Assembly (NCBI GenBank): GCA_964347325.1 | Contig: CAYFYA010000009.1 | Span: 4,685 to 68,684 of the forward strand | Source of the DNA: an uncultured Methanomassiliicoccales archaeon | GTDB lineage: Archaea; Thermoplasmatota; Thermoplasmata; RBG-16-68-12; JAJISG01 | Direction of reading: 5' to 3' | Length of the DNA stretch: 64,000 nt | Part shown: piece by piece, positions 20,688 through 28,698 of the stretch | How positions within the stretch are numbered: the stretch's first letter is position 1 | Layout of the letters: every line of letters begins with the position of its first letter | Notes under the pieces: model-generated | Databases searched by the model: none | Told to the model about the DNA's origin: nothing | Seen by the model: the letters and a program-made list of their open reading frames with translations, nothing else | Made by a program: the position numbers and the translations under genes

Positions 20688-21875
20688 ATGCGGAAAGGGC
20701 TAAAGCGGGCGAGGCATGAGTATGGTATGGGGGATGAGGACGGACCCGAGTTTCGATTCGACGAGTCCAGGCAGCAGTTGGCCAAGGCTCATCGACGGGA
20801 GGTAACCCTTCTCGGCTCTCTTGGACTAGTACTCTTCCCGCTGGTTCTCTACCTCTCGATGTTGACGGGGATCTCCCTTCGACTAGAGGCCTGGACCATG
20901 ACATTGAGTGAGAATCCATGGATAGGCGTGGCTCTGTACCTGGGGGTCGGGTACCTCATCCTGAATCTCGTCGCTCTTCCCCTCCGAATCATGGGTAGGC
21001 TGACACAGCGTAGATATCAGCTGACCAAACAGTCGTGGGCCTCGTGGGGGATGGACCTGATAAAGTCGATGTCCCTCGGCCTCCTCCTAGCCCTACTTTC
21101 CGTTGAGGCCCTGTACTGGACGATCCGCAACTTCGAACTGTTCTGGTGGCTGGTCACGTGGGTCCTAGCCCTGGCCTTCACGGTCGTAGCTGGCTACCTG
21201 GCTCCCGTCGTGATTCTACCGCTCTTCTACAAGGTCCGAAGGCTGGACGATGCTGAGCTGAGAGAGAGGCTCTCGGAGCTTGCGAGAAGGGCCAATGTCC
21301 CCGTAATGGGGGTCTACGAGTTCCGATCGAGTCCGAAGACCGAGAGAGGCACCGCTGCAGTAGCCGGTCTTGGGAGCACCAGAAGGGTGCTGTTGAGCGA
21401 TCACATCACCAGGGACTACTCGGCAGACGAAGTGGAGGGGATTCTGGCCCACGAGCTGGCTCATCACGTTCAGGGGGATTCACGGATTTCCCTTCTCATT
21501 TCGGCTGTTTCCTCACTTCTGGCCCTCTATCTGGCAGACCTCTTCGTGAGATCCACTATGACGCTATTGGGAGTGTCTGAGCTGGCCCAGGTAGCCAACC
21601 TCCCTCTCTTCGTCCTCTTCGGGTCTGTCTATTCCATGGCCCTCGGCCCGCTAACCCGTGGCATCTCAAGGTGGAGGGAGGCCAAGGCCGACCGGCTGGG
21701 GGCGTCGCTCTGCGGGAGGCCCCGGGCCCTGGCGAGTGCCCTCGTCAAGCTGCACGACCAGAACCTCTCCGACGCCAGCCCGCCGCGACCCGTGGAGGTC
21801 CTCTTTTACACCCATCCAGCGGGCAAGAAGAGAGTGACCACCCTCCTCGCCCTCAGTGCTGGGCAGGACGGTTAG
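20688..21875 (+). CDS. M48 family zinc metalloprotease (HtpX/Ste24-like), membrane-bound
   Basis: HELAHH zinc motif, FYTHP motif, multiple N-terminal TM helices. Divergent from the atp operon. Confidence 0.8.
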   Translation: MRKGLKRARHEYGMGDEDGPEFRFDESRQQLAKAHRREVTLLGSLGLVLFPLVLYLSMLTGISLRLEAWTMTLSENPWIGVALYLGVGYLILNLVALPLRIMGRLTQRRYQLTKQSWASWGMDLIKSMSLGLLLALLSVEALYWTIRNFELFWWLVTWVLALAFTVVAGYLAPVVILPLFYKVRRLDDAELRERLSELARRANVPVMGVYEFRSSPKTERGTAAVAGLGSTRRVLLSDHITRDYSADEVEGILAHELAHHVQGDSRISLLISAVSSLLALYLADLFVRSTMTLLGVSELAQVANLPLFVLFGSVYSMALGPLTRGISRWREAKADRLGASLCGRPRALASALVKLHDQNLSDASPPRPVEVLFYTHPAGKKRVTTLLALSAGQDG

Positions 21876-22285
21876 AGGGGAGCCACATCGAGCTTCTCCA
21901 CGTAGGGCGTCGACTCTATGGTGTGAAAGGCGTGTCTCAACTCCCGGGCATCGCCCTTGAAGGCCACCACGTCGCAGCACTTCTGCCGGTCTTCACCGAA
22001 GTCGAGGTGAAGGAACGACTTGAACATCTGAGGGTTATCGTGAAGCGCGCTGTGGACCTCCTTCTCGGCCTCGTGGGAGTAGATTACCATGGCCACCCCC
22101 TCGACCGGACCTTTGAGTTGATGGAGGCCTTGGTGCTTGTCGAGGAAGACCCGAAGAGCGTCCCTAATGACCTCGGAGCGGTTCTGGTAACCGATCTCCT
22201 CCATTACCTCGTCGATCTCGAGGGCCAGCTCCTCGGGGAGACTGAAGGAGAGAACATCGACCCGCCGGCCCTTCTGTCTCGTCAT
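21872..22285 (-). CDS. nikR: NikR-family metal-responsive transcriptional regulator (ribbon-helix-helix plus C-terminal metal-binding domain)
   Basis: N-terminal RHH (RVDVLSFSLPEELALEIDEVMEEIGYQNRSEVIRDALRVFL). C-terminal His/Cys ligands (HEAEKEVH...H...CC...H) arranged as in NikR. Last gene of the metal ABC transporter operon. Confidence 0.8.
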   Translation of the reverse strand: MTRQKGRRVDVLSFSLPEELALEIDEVMEEIGYQNRSEVIRDALRVFLDKHQGLHQLKGPVEGVAMVIYSHEAEKEVHSALHDNPQMFKSFLHLDFGEDRQKCCDVVAFKGDARELRHAFHTIESTPYVEKLDVAPL

Positions 22286-23145
22286 CTTAGCCTCCCGTAG
22301 ACGGCACTCCAGGCGAAGAGACCTACGGCCGTGAAGACAATGATGCCGCTCGGGGCCACATCGTAGGCGGCCGAGACCAGTGTCCCCACGACTACGCTGA
22401 TGATCCCAAAGGCCACCGCCAAGGTCGTAGTACCCCTGAAGGAGCGATTGAACTGGAGGGCGGTGAGTCCAGGGAGAACGACGAGGGCACCAACGAGGAT
22501 GACCCCGATCACCTTTATGGCGAGCACGATGGTCACGCCGACCAGGACGTTGAAGGCGACTTCCAGTCGACTGACGGGTATCCCCCTCAGCCTGGCGGCC
22601 TCCTCATCGAAGGTGATCGCCATCAGCTCCTTGAAGAAGAGACCAATGAAGGTGAAGGCCGCGATTGCCAGGATGGAGATGGTGACGAGGTCTGTTGAGC
22701 TGATGGTGAAGATCGACCCGAAGAGGAGAGTGAGGATTTCCACATTGAAGCCCCCTGCGAGGCTGATGACTATGAGACCGACCGAGAAGCCCAGGGCAAC
22801 CATGACGGCAAGGGCCGCGTCGGTCTTAGCGAAGCCTCGCCTTCGCATGAAGGAGATTGCCAGGATGGAAAGGATCGAGATGACCAGGGCAGCGAGGGTG
22901 GGCGAGACGCCGATGAGCAGTCCAACGGCAATGCCGCCGAAGGCGATGTGACCGACGGCGTGCCCGGTCATTGCCTCCTTCCTGAGGAGAAGGAAGAGGC
23001 CGACGAGGGCGCTAGCCACGGCCGCCACCGTCCCGCCCAGGAGCGCATACTGGAAGAACTGGAGGCCCATAAGGCGGGAGAAGTCGAGGAAGGTGAAGTC
23101 AGCCGCTCTCATCACCCCCCTGGGGGCTCTCTCCGTGGAAGACAA
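22282..23145 (-). CDS. znuB: metal (Zn/Mn) ABC transporter permease (ZnuB/TroCD family)
   Basis: 8-9 TM helices with the typical cluster-9 ABC permease sequence. Confidence 0.85.
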   Translation of the reverse strand: MSSTERAPRGVMRAADFTFLDFSRLMGLQFFQYALLGGTVAAVASALVGLFLLLRKEAMTGHAVGHIAFGGIAVGLLIGVSPTLAALVISILSILAISFMRRRGFAKTDAALAVMVALGFSVGLIVISLAGGFNVEILTLLFGSIFTISSTDLVTISILAIAAFTFIGLFFKELMAITFDEEAARLRGIPVSRLEVAFNVLVGVTIVLAIKVIGVILVGALVVLPGLTALQFNRSFRGTTTLAVAFGIISVVVGTLVSAAYDVAPSGIIVFTAVGLFAWSAVYGRLR

Positions 23146-23932
23146 AGCGGAAGTGCTCTCCGTAGGCCTGCCGCAGAATCTTCTCGATCTCTAGGTCGTC
23201 GGAGATGGGGGCTATGTTCACGGTTCGGTTGACGCACATGATCTCCGACATGCGGTAGAAGACGGCCGTCAAGTCGTGAGAAGCGATCAGGATGGTGATT
23301 CCCTTTCGCCGATTTAGGAGGCCCAGTCGGTGGTAGAAAGCCTCTTGGGCGTTGGCATCGATTCCGGCCACCGGCTCATCCAGCAGGAGCATCTTGGGTT
23401 CGCCGACCAAGGCCTTGGCGACGAACATCCGCTGCATCTGACCTCCCGACAATTCTCCTATCCGCTTTTCCGCCATTTCCGTGAGTCCCATGAACTGGAG
23501 GGCCTCGTCTACACTTTCCCAGTCCTTTCTGCTCAAGCGGCGCCCTAGGTTGCCGCCGCCCGCTCTCCCGAGCCCGACGAGTTCCCGAACCGCCAGGGGA
23601 AACTGAACGTCGAAGTTGATGGCATCCTGGGACACGTAGGCGAGGTCCTCCCACTCGGAGAAGGAGTTTATGTCCGTGCCGAAGAGGCGGACCGACCCAG
23701 AGTGGTGCGGCAGGATGCCTAGGATCGCCAGCATCAGGGTCGTCTTCCCGCCGCCGTTGGGGCCGACGATGCCGACGTAGTCGCCCTCGTGGATGGTGAA
23801 GGTGACGTCCTCAAGGACCTGCGCACCTGCGCGGAATACGTTGAGGTTCTCCACCTCCAAGACGGGAGGACCGTGAGACGAGACGGACTGAGCGCCCGCC
23901 TCTTTTACTGCCGTCATGTCCTGGCTAGGCAT
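23099..23932 (-). CDS. znuC: metal ABC transporter ATP-binding protein (ZnuC family)
   Basis: Walker A GPNGGGKTT, LSGGQMQR signature, Walker B LLLDEP. Confidence 0.85.
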   Translation of the reverse strand: MPSQDMTAVKEAGAQSVSSHGPPVLEVENLNVFRAGAQVLEDVTFTIHEGDYVGIVGPNGGGKTTLMLAILGILPHHSGSVRLFGTDINSFSEWEDLAYVSQDAINFDVQFPLAVRELVGLGRAGGGNLGRRLSRKDWESVDEALQFMGLTEMAEKRIGELSGGQMQRMFVAKALVGEPKMLLLDEPVAGIDANAQEAFYHRLGLLNRRKGITILIASHDLTAVFYRMSEIMCVNRTVNIAPISDDLEIEKILRQAYGEHFRFVFHGESPQGGDESG

Positions 23933-24875
23933 CTAGACCCACCTTAAGACTCTCCAGGTTTGCCTCCATCTGTTCGAGGTAGTTCCTCCCCTCATCGGGA
24001 CCAGTCAGGAGGTAAAGGCTCAGGATCGCAACCACGACTCCGGCATCCCGCTCCAAGGTGCTCTTCAACGCCTGGACGTACGCGTCCGAGTATACAGGCG
24101 TGACGTAGAGGGTGTAGATCCCCTCTTCCTGCATTCTGTCCACGATCTCAAGAAGATGGATTGGACTCGGGTGCTCTTCCGCGGTGAGTCCTATGATCCC
24201 GATGACCTCGAAACCATACCTGCGGCCGAGGTAGCTGAAGGCGTCGTGGGCCACTATGATGGCCCCGAGGGAACGGTTCGACAACTCGGAGTCGTAAGAC
24301 GCATGAATGGTCTGAAGCGAGGTGAGGAGCGCTTCCGCACGCGCCTGGTAGGACTCGGAGTTCGCTGGATCCACGCCCTGGAACGCCTCCAGTATAGCTT
24401 GGGCCTCTAGCCTAGCTATGAAGGGGTCGATCCAGGTGTGCGGGTCGAACTCACCCCCGAGATCGTGGTCATCCCCCTCGTGTGGCGGTATGAGGTAGTC
24501 CTCTGCAAGGCGCGTGGCCTCGACTACAAGGGTTTGCCCGACGTCCAATGCTGGCAAGATGTCCTCCTCGACCCAGGGCTCGAGGCCCGCCCCGTTGTAG
24601 ATGAACAAGTCCGCCTCCCGCACGGCCGCGATGTCGCCGGGTGATAGGTCGATGGCGTGGAGTTCGACGCTAGAGGGAATGAGGGTCCGTACCCGCGCGT
24701 CCTCTCCTCCGATTCGCTCTGCGAAGTACCCCAGCGGATAGAAAGTCGCCACTACTTGGAGGCGCTCATCGCTCGTAGGAGGACCAGAAGCCATCGAGTA
24801 GACTAGACCTCCTCCGACCGTTGTAACGAGGACGATGACCGTACCGATGAGGAAGCTCCTCTGTTTGGTGTTCAC
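23925..24875 (-). CDS. znuA: metal ABC transporter substrate-binding protein (ZnuA/TroA cluster-9) with His/acid-rich loop
   Basis: Signal/TM anchor, cluster-9 solute-binding fold, HEGDDHDLGGEFDPH His-rich loop typical of ZnuA. GTG start. Confidence 0.85.
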   Translation of the reverse strand: MNTKQRSFLIGTVIVLVTTVGGGLVYSMASGPPTSDERLQVVATFYPLGYFAERIGGEDARVRTLIPSSVELHAIDLSPGDIAAVREADLFIYNGAGLEPWVEEDILPALDVGQTLVVEATRLAEDYLIPPHEGDDHDLGGEFDPHTWIDPFIARLEAQAILEAFQGVDPANSESYQARAEALLTSLQTIHASYDSELSNRSLGAIIVAHDAFSYLGRRYGFEVIGIIGLTAEEHPSPIHLLEIVDRMQEEGIYTLYVTPVYSDAYVQALKSTLERDAGVVVAILSLYLLTGPDEGRNYLEQMEANLESLKVGLDA

Positions 24876-24930
24876 TTGCCATGCATATGCACCATCGTGT
24901 TAATAGCCCTTACTACTATGTTAATAACAT

Positions 24931-25572
24931 GTGCATCGCTTAAATCAGGATGAGGGCTTCATGCCGACAGTGGCGCCGAAAGAAGCCAAGGCTCTGTTGA
25001 CGGAAGCTCAGCGGGCCCTCGAGGCGGGCCAATTCGAAGATGCGAAGCGGGTCATCGAGGATGCCTACGCTCAGCATCCGCACGATGAGAAGGTTCTCGA
25101 GCTGTACCAGCAGATTCTCCTGGCGGACGGTGTCCGCCTCTCCCGGAGGGCCCGCGATCTGCGACGAGACGGCATCAAAGCCTTGGACAAGCGCGATAGG
25201 GCTTCCTTCAGCGATGGCGAGGATGTTAGGGCGGCCTTCGAGAGGTCCATCGAGAGTTTTGACAAGATCCTAGCGGCCAACCCTGAGAACTCTAAGGCCC
25301 TGATGCTGAAGGCTGGTGCCTTGGACAGGATGGACAGAGAGGGCATGGGGGAGGAGGTGTCGGCGCTGTTCGAGAGGGCTCTGGAACTCCATCCGGATAA
25401 CGAGGAGATCCTCTACGCGAGAAGCAGAATAATGGGGGCGTGTCAGCATTGCGGAGGTTCTGGATTCTGCGGTGAATGCAAAGGTTCGGGGGAGGTCTCA
25501 GCCGTCTTCATGCGAGGTGCATGCCCAGCCTGTAAGGGGTCGGGCGTATGCACTCACTGCGGTCTCTTCTGA
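24931..25572 (+). CDS. TPR-like helical protein with C-terminal DnaJ-type CxxCxGxG zinc-finger repeats
   Basis: Four repeats: CQHCGGSG, CGECKGSG, CPACKGSG, CTHCG. The helical N-domain is TPR-like. The alternative start M at 24961 is more likely. Confidence 0.65.
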   Translation: MHRLNQDEGFMPTVAPKEAKALLTEAQRALEAGQFEDAKRVIEDAYAQHPHDEKVLELYQQILLADGVRLSRRARDLRRDGIKALDKRDRASFSDGEDVRAAFERSIESFDKILAANPENSKALMLKAGALDRMDREGMGEEVSALFERALELHPDNEEILYARSRIMGACQHCGGSGFCGECKGSGEVSAVFMRGACPACKGSGVCTHCGLF

Positions 25573-26039
25573 GGGGACAACTCGATATCCGCTACCGCAG
25601 GAGGATCGACCAAGTCAGTTGTTGCGGCCCGTGGACTAGCCGGGGGTCTAGGATCGACCCTGAGGATTCCGGCTTCTTCCGCTAGGTCGTGGGAGAATTC
25701 CATACACTGGTAGGTATGCTGGCCAAGGATGTTGGCCGGGATCGTGACGTTGAAGACCGTGCTCCTCGCAGGGACCACAAGGCCGAATATACCGAAGTTT
25801 GGCAGTGCGAATGTGTGTTGCACGTCCCCCGAGCTGATGTTGAGGATGATCACGTCTCCGAGCGTCACGTTGATTTCGTCAGGGTCAATGCCTGAGAGGG
25901 ACATCTCCATTTTGATGTACACTTTCGGAGCGTCGGGGATATGTACGGGCTCCGTGGGTCTGTAGAGCAAAGCGAAGATTATCGTGACAAGCAGGAAGAT
26001 GATGAAGAGGACCATAGCACTCCTCATCCAGGGCTGCAT
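25554..26039 (-). CDS. membrane-anchored cupredoxin-like protein
   Basis: N-terminal TM helix, then a beta-rich domain with candidate copper ligands HTFALP...YQCMEFSH. Confidence 0.55.
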   Translation of the reverse strand: MQPWMRSAMVLFIIFLLVTIIFALLYRPTEPVHIPDAPKVYIKMEMSLSGIDPDEINVTLGDVIILNISSGDVQHTFALPNFGIFGLVVPARSTVFNVTIPANILGQHTYQCMEFSHDLAEEAGILRVDPRPPASPRAATTDLVDPPAVADIELSPQKRPQ

Positions 26040-26252
26040 GTTGGCTACATAACTATCTAGGCTTTAATATTATTGCCTCTCGATAATCAATCCTGGCACC
26101 GTGACGTCTCTTCGTCTGGGCGGGGTGGACCGGAGGCGCCGGGAGGAAATTGCGGGACGACAAGTCCCGGAATATGGGATAGCCAGGAACCCCCTAACGT
26201 ATTTATACGCCAGCATCCTACGCCGACCGGGCGTGGGAGCACTGGAGGGTTG

Positions 26253-26900
26253 ATGGTGGCGAAGGGAGACCACAAAACAACTTCCACCGGGCTTGCGCTC
26301 GTTGGACTTCTGGTCTTTCTCACGACCCTTACAGGGATCCCGGTGCCGGTGGCGGCGGGACCCGTGACCGTGACCTACGTCATTGAGCTCACGGACGCTC
26401 TTACCTTCGAACTAGATCAGATCATCACGGCGCCGGGGGCAAACGTCACACTTCACTTGAGAAACGTCGGACAGGCGCGACACACATTCACACTTTATAG
26501 TGATGTGAACGTCTCACTCCCGCTGGACACCGAACAGGCCCTGTTCGCCTACTACCAAGACCAGCTAACGGCCTTGATTCTGGATGAGACTCTGGAGGGT
26601 GGGGAGGAGCGAACGGTCAACTTCACGGCCCCTGAGACTGTAGGGATCTACGCCATTGCCTGCATGATCCCCGGCCACGCAAGGGGGGGCATGGTGGGCT
26701 CGATGGTGGTTGGGGCGGTCGGGGGACTTCCGGCGGAGGAACCTGAAGCCGAGCAGGGCATTCCCCTCAGGGCTTACTGGATCGGACTCATTGGTATCTT
26801 CGCCATGATTGCCGTGATTGGAGTGGCCTATTTCGCCATCAAGTCTGAGAGTCGCCACCACACCGACCAGAGGGAGCACAGGAGGCGAGGACTGCCTTGA
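26253..26900 (+). CDS. halocyanin/plastocyanin-like blue copper protein with C-terminal membrane anchor
   Basis: Signal peptide. Type-1 Cu ligands H(TFTL)...C-M-I-P-G-H-A-R-G-G-M (canonical CxxPGHxxxGM). C-terminal TM helix. Start taken at M 26253. Confidence 0.8.
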   Translation: MVAKGDHKTTSTGLALVGLLVFLTTLTGIPVPVAAGPVTVTYVIELTDALTFELDQIITAPGANVTLHLRNVGQARHTFTLYSDVNVSLPLDTEQALFAYYQDQLTALILDETLEGGEERTVNFTAPETVGIYAIACMIPGHARGGMVGSMVVGAVGGLPAEEPEAEQGIPLRAYWIGLIGIFAMIAVIGVAYFAIKSESRHHTDQREHRRRGLP

Positions 26901-27172
26901 GCGAGCTCATCCGGTCGGAGCCACCCACAGAGTCGCTTGGAGCCCTGGTGATGATCTACATCCTGACATTCATGCTGATCTTCTTTGGAATCCTGGTGGT
27001 CTTGGGACTATTCTACGGATGGAACGTTGTTTGGCTCTCGCTCTGGCTCGGGGCGATCTTCATCGTGGCCGCTGTCATTACAGACCTCTATCGGAAGCAC
27101 TTTTTGCCCGACGAGATGGTTGTCAAAACTAGGATGCCGAAGATCATCCCACGAAGGGAGTTGAGGAAGTAG
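26897..27172 (+). CDS. small two-TM membrane protein
   Basis: 91-aa hydrophobic ORF translationally coupled between the halocyanin and Rieske genes. Confidence 0.5.
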   Translation: MSELIRSEPPTESLGALVMIYILTFMLIFFGILVVLGLFYGWNVVWLSLWLGAIFIVAAVITDLYRKHFLPDEMVVKTRMPKIIPRRELRK

Positions 27173-27922
27173 ATGCCTCGAAGAGGAATTCCAGAGGATG
27201 GGATTACTCGCCGGACCTTCCTTAAAGGAGCGTCAATCGCCGGTGGTGCGGCTCTTGCGGGCGTTGGCGTGTACGGAACAGTTCGGTCGCTCGTATCCCC
27301 GCCGGTAACTGTCCAAGGAACCGTTCAGGATACCTTCATCTACGTGCGACCAGAGGGGGCGCTCCTCCCGATCTGGTACGACGGCCTATTCGGCGAGGAG
27401 GCTCGTCTCAGCCACTTCGACGTCGAGCGTGGTGCCAATGTCCTATGGAAGGTCGTCATCGATGGTGACGGACAGATTGTACCTTTCACCGGCTTCCCCG
27501 GTCTCATCCTCAGGATGGAGGAGGACGTCCTCGAGTTTCCCGAAGGCTTCCCGCGGGACGATTATGTGCTGAACGGCCTCTACGCTATCTTCAATTGCTG
27601 TCCGCACGCCTGCTGCCGTCCCGGGTTCCAGTTAATACCCAGGACTTCCTACTTGATCGATCCAGGCTACGAGACCGTGTACTGCCCCTGCCACGACTCT
27701 CAGTACAACCCTCGGCGCCTCGAAAAGTCGGCTCACCCCCCGCCCCCGGATGCCAGCGGAGCTGAGTATGTCGGTATCTACAAGGAACCCGGTCTTGGCC
27801 CTGCCGACCGAGGAATGCCACTGATTCCCCTGGAGCTCGAGGGGGACAAGCTCGTAGGCGTTGCAAAGAACGAGTCTTGGTACCAGTACCTGGACTTCAA
27901 GCGGCGCGTCATTCCGGAGTGA
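27173..27922 (+). CDS. petA: Rieske [2Fe-2S] iron-sulfur protein with Tat signal
   Basis: Twin-arginine signal RRTFLKGASIAGGAALAG. Rieske boxes CCPHACC (CxH) and CPCHDS (CxCH). Confidence 0.85.
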   Translation: MPRRGIPEDGITRRTFLKGASIAGGAALAGVGVYGTVRSLVSPPVTVQGTVQDTFIYVRPEGALLPIWYDGLFGEEARLSHFDVERGANVLWKVVIDGDGQIVPFTGFPGLILRMEEDVLEFPEGFPRDDYVLNGLYAIFNCCPHACCRPGFQLIPRTSYLIDPGYETVYCPCHDSQYNPRRLEKSAHPPPPDASGAEYVGIYKEPGLGPADRGMPLIPLELEGDKLVGVAKNESWYQYLDFKRRVIPE

Positions 27923-28689
27923 GACACTTGGCTAGGAAGCCCTTTGGCGGACTGAGGAAGTACATCTTCGACTGGTTCGCCGAGCGCTTCCCTGTTACAC
28001 CGTGGGCCGAGGCTACCAGGAAGGCCTTCCTCTCAATCCATCGTCAGATGCCCAGGAGCCACGCTGAGAAGTATGAGCTCAAGACCATCTGGTACTGGTA
28101 CCCTCTGTACTGCCTAGGCGGCCTGGCGTTCATTAGTTTCATAATCCTGACGATTACGGGGATAGTCCTGGGGTTCTACTACGTTCCAGACGGCAACATC
28201 CGCATCCTCTCCGATGGGAGCACCACGTCCGGGGCCTATGAGAGCCTCGTGTTCATCATGGGTGAGGTGCCCTTGGGTTACGTCTGGCGCGGCGTCCACC
28301 ACTGGGCTGCACACATCTTCGTAGCGGCCGTCTTCCTCCACATGGCGCGGGTCTACTTCACCGGCGCTTACAAGAAGCCACGGGAGCTCAACTGGATCTT
28401 CGGGATCCTTCTCCTCCTGATCTCCCTCGGGTTTGGCTACACCGGCTACCTGCTCCCGTGGAACAGCCTGGCTTTCGCTGCTGCGACCATTGGCATCAAC
28501 ATGGCCAAGTCGATTCCGATCATAGGGGATCTAACGGCCGAAATCATGTTTGGGGGCCTATCCCTCGGGGCGAACACTGTCCTCAGGATGTACTGGCTTC
28601 ACATATTCGTCCTCCCGCTGATCGGGATTGGACTGATGCTCCTCCACATGACCATCGTCTGGGTTCAAGGAGTGGCCGAACCTCACTGA
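27919..28689 (+). CDS. petB: cytochrome b (b6-like N-terminal heme-binding half)
   Basis: YFTGAYKKPRELNWIFGILLLLISLGFGYTGYLLPW and conserved His in TM helices. GTG start overlapping the Rieske stop. Confidence 0.85.
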   Translation: MRHLARKPFGGLRKYIFDWFAERFPVTPWAEATRKAFLSIHRQMPRSHAEKYELKTIWYWYPLYCLGGLAFISFIILTITGIVLGFYYVPDGNIRILSDGSTTSGAYESLVFIMGEVPLGYVWRGVHHWAAHIFVAAVFLHMARVYFTGAYKKPRELNWIFGILLLLISLGFGYTGYLLPWNSLAFAAATIGINMAKSIPIIGDLTAEIMFGGLSLGANTVLRMYWLHIFVLPLIGIGLMLLHMTIVWVQGVAEPH

Positions 28690-28698
28690 GGTGGAGCA

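Noticed and set aside
20620-20919. N-terminal 100 codons of the ORF-track atpH call
   Set aside because: Pro/Arg-rich, non-helical and overlapping the divergent M48 protease promoter. The subunit H coiled-coil starts at MAQRLEALEK (20619).
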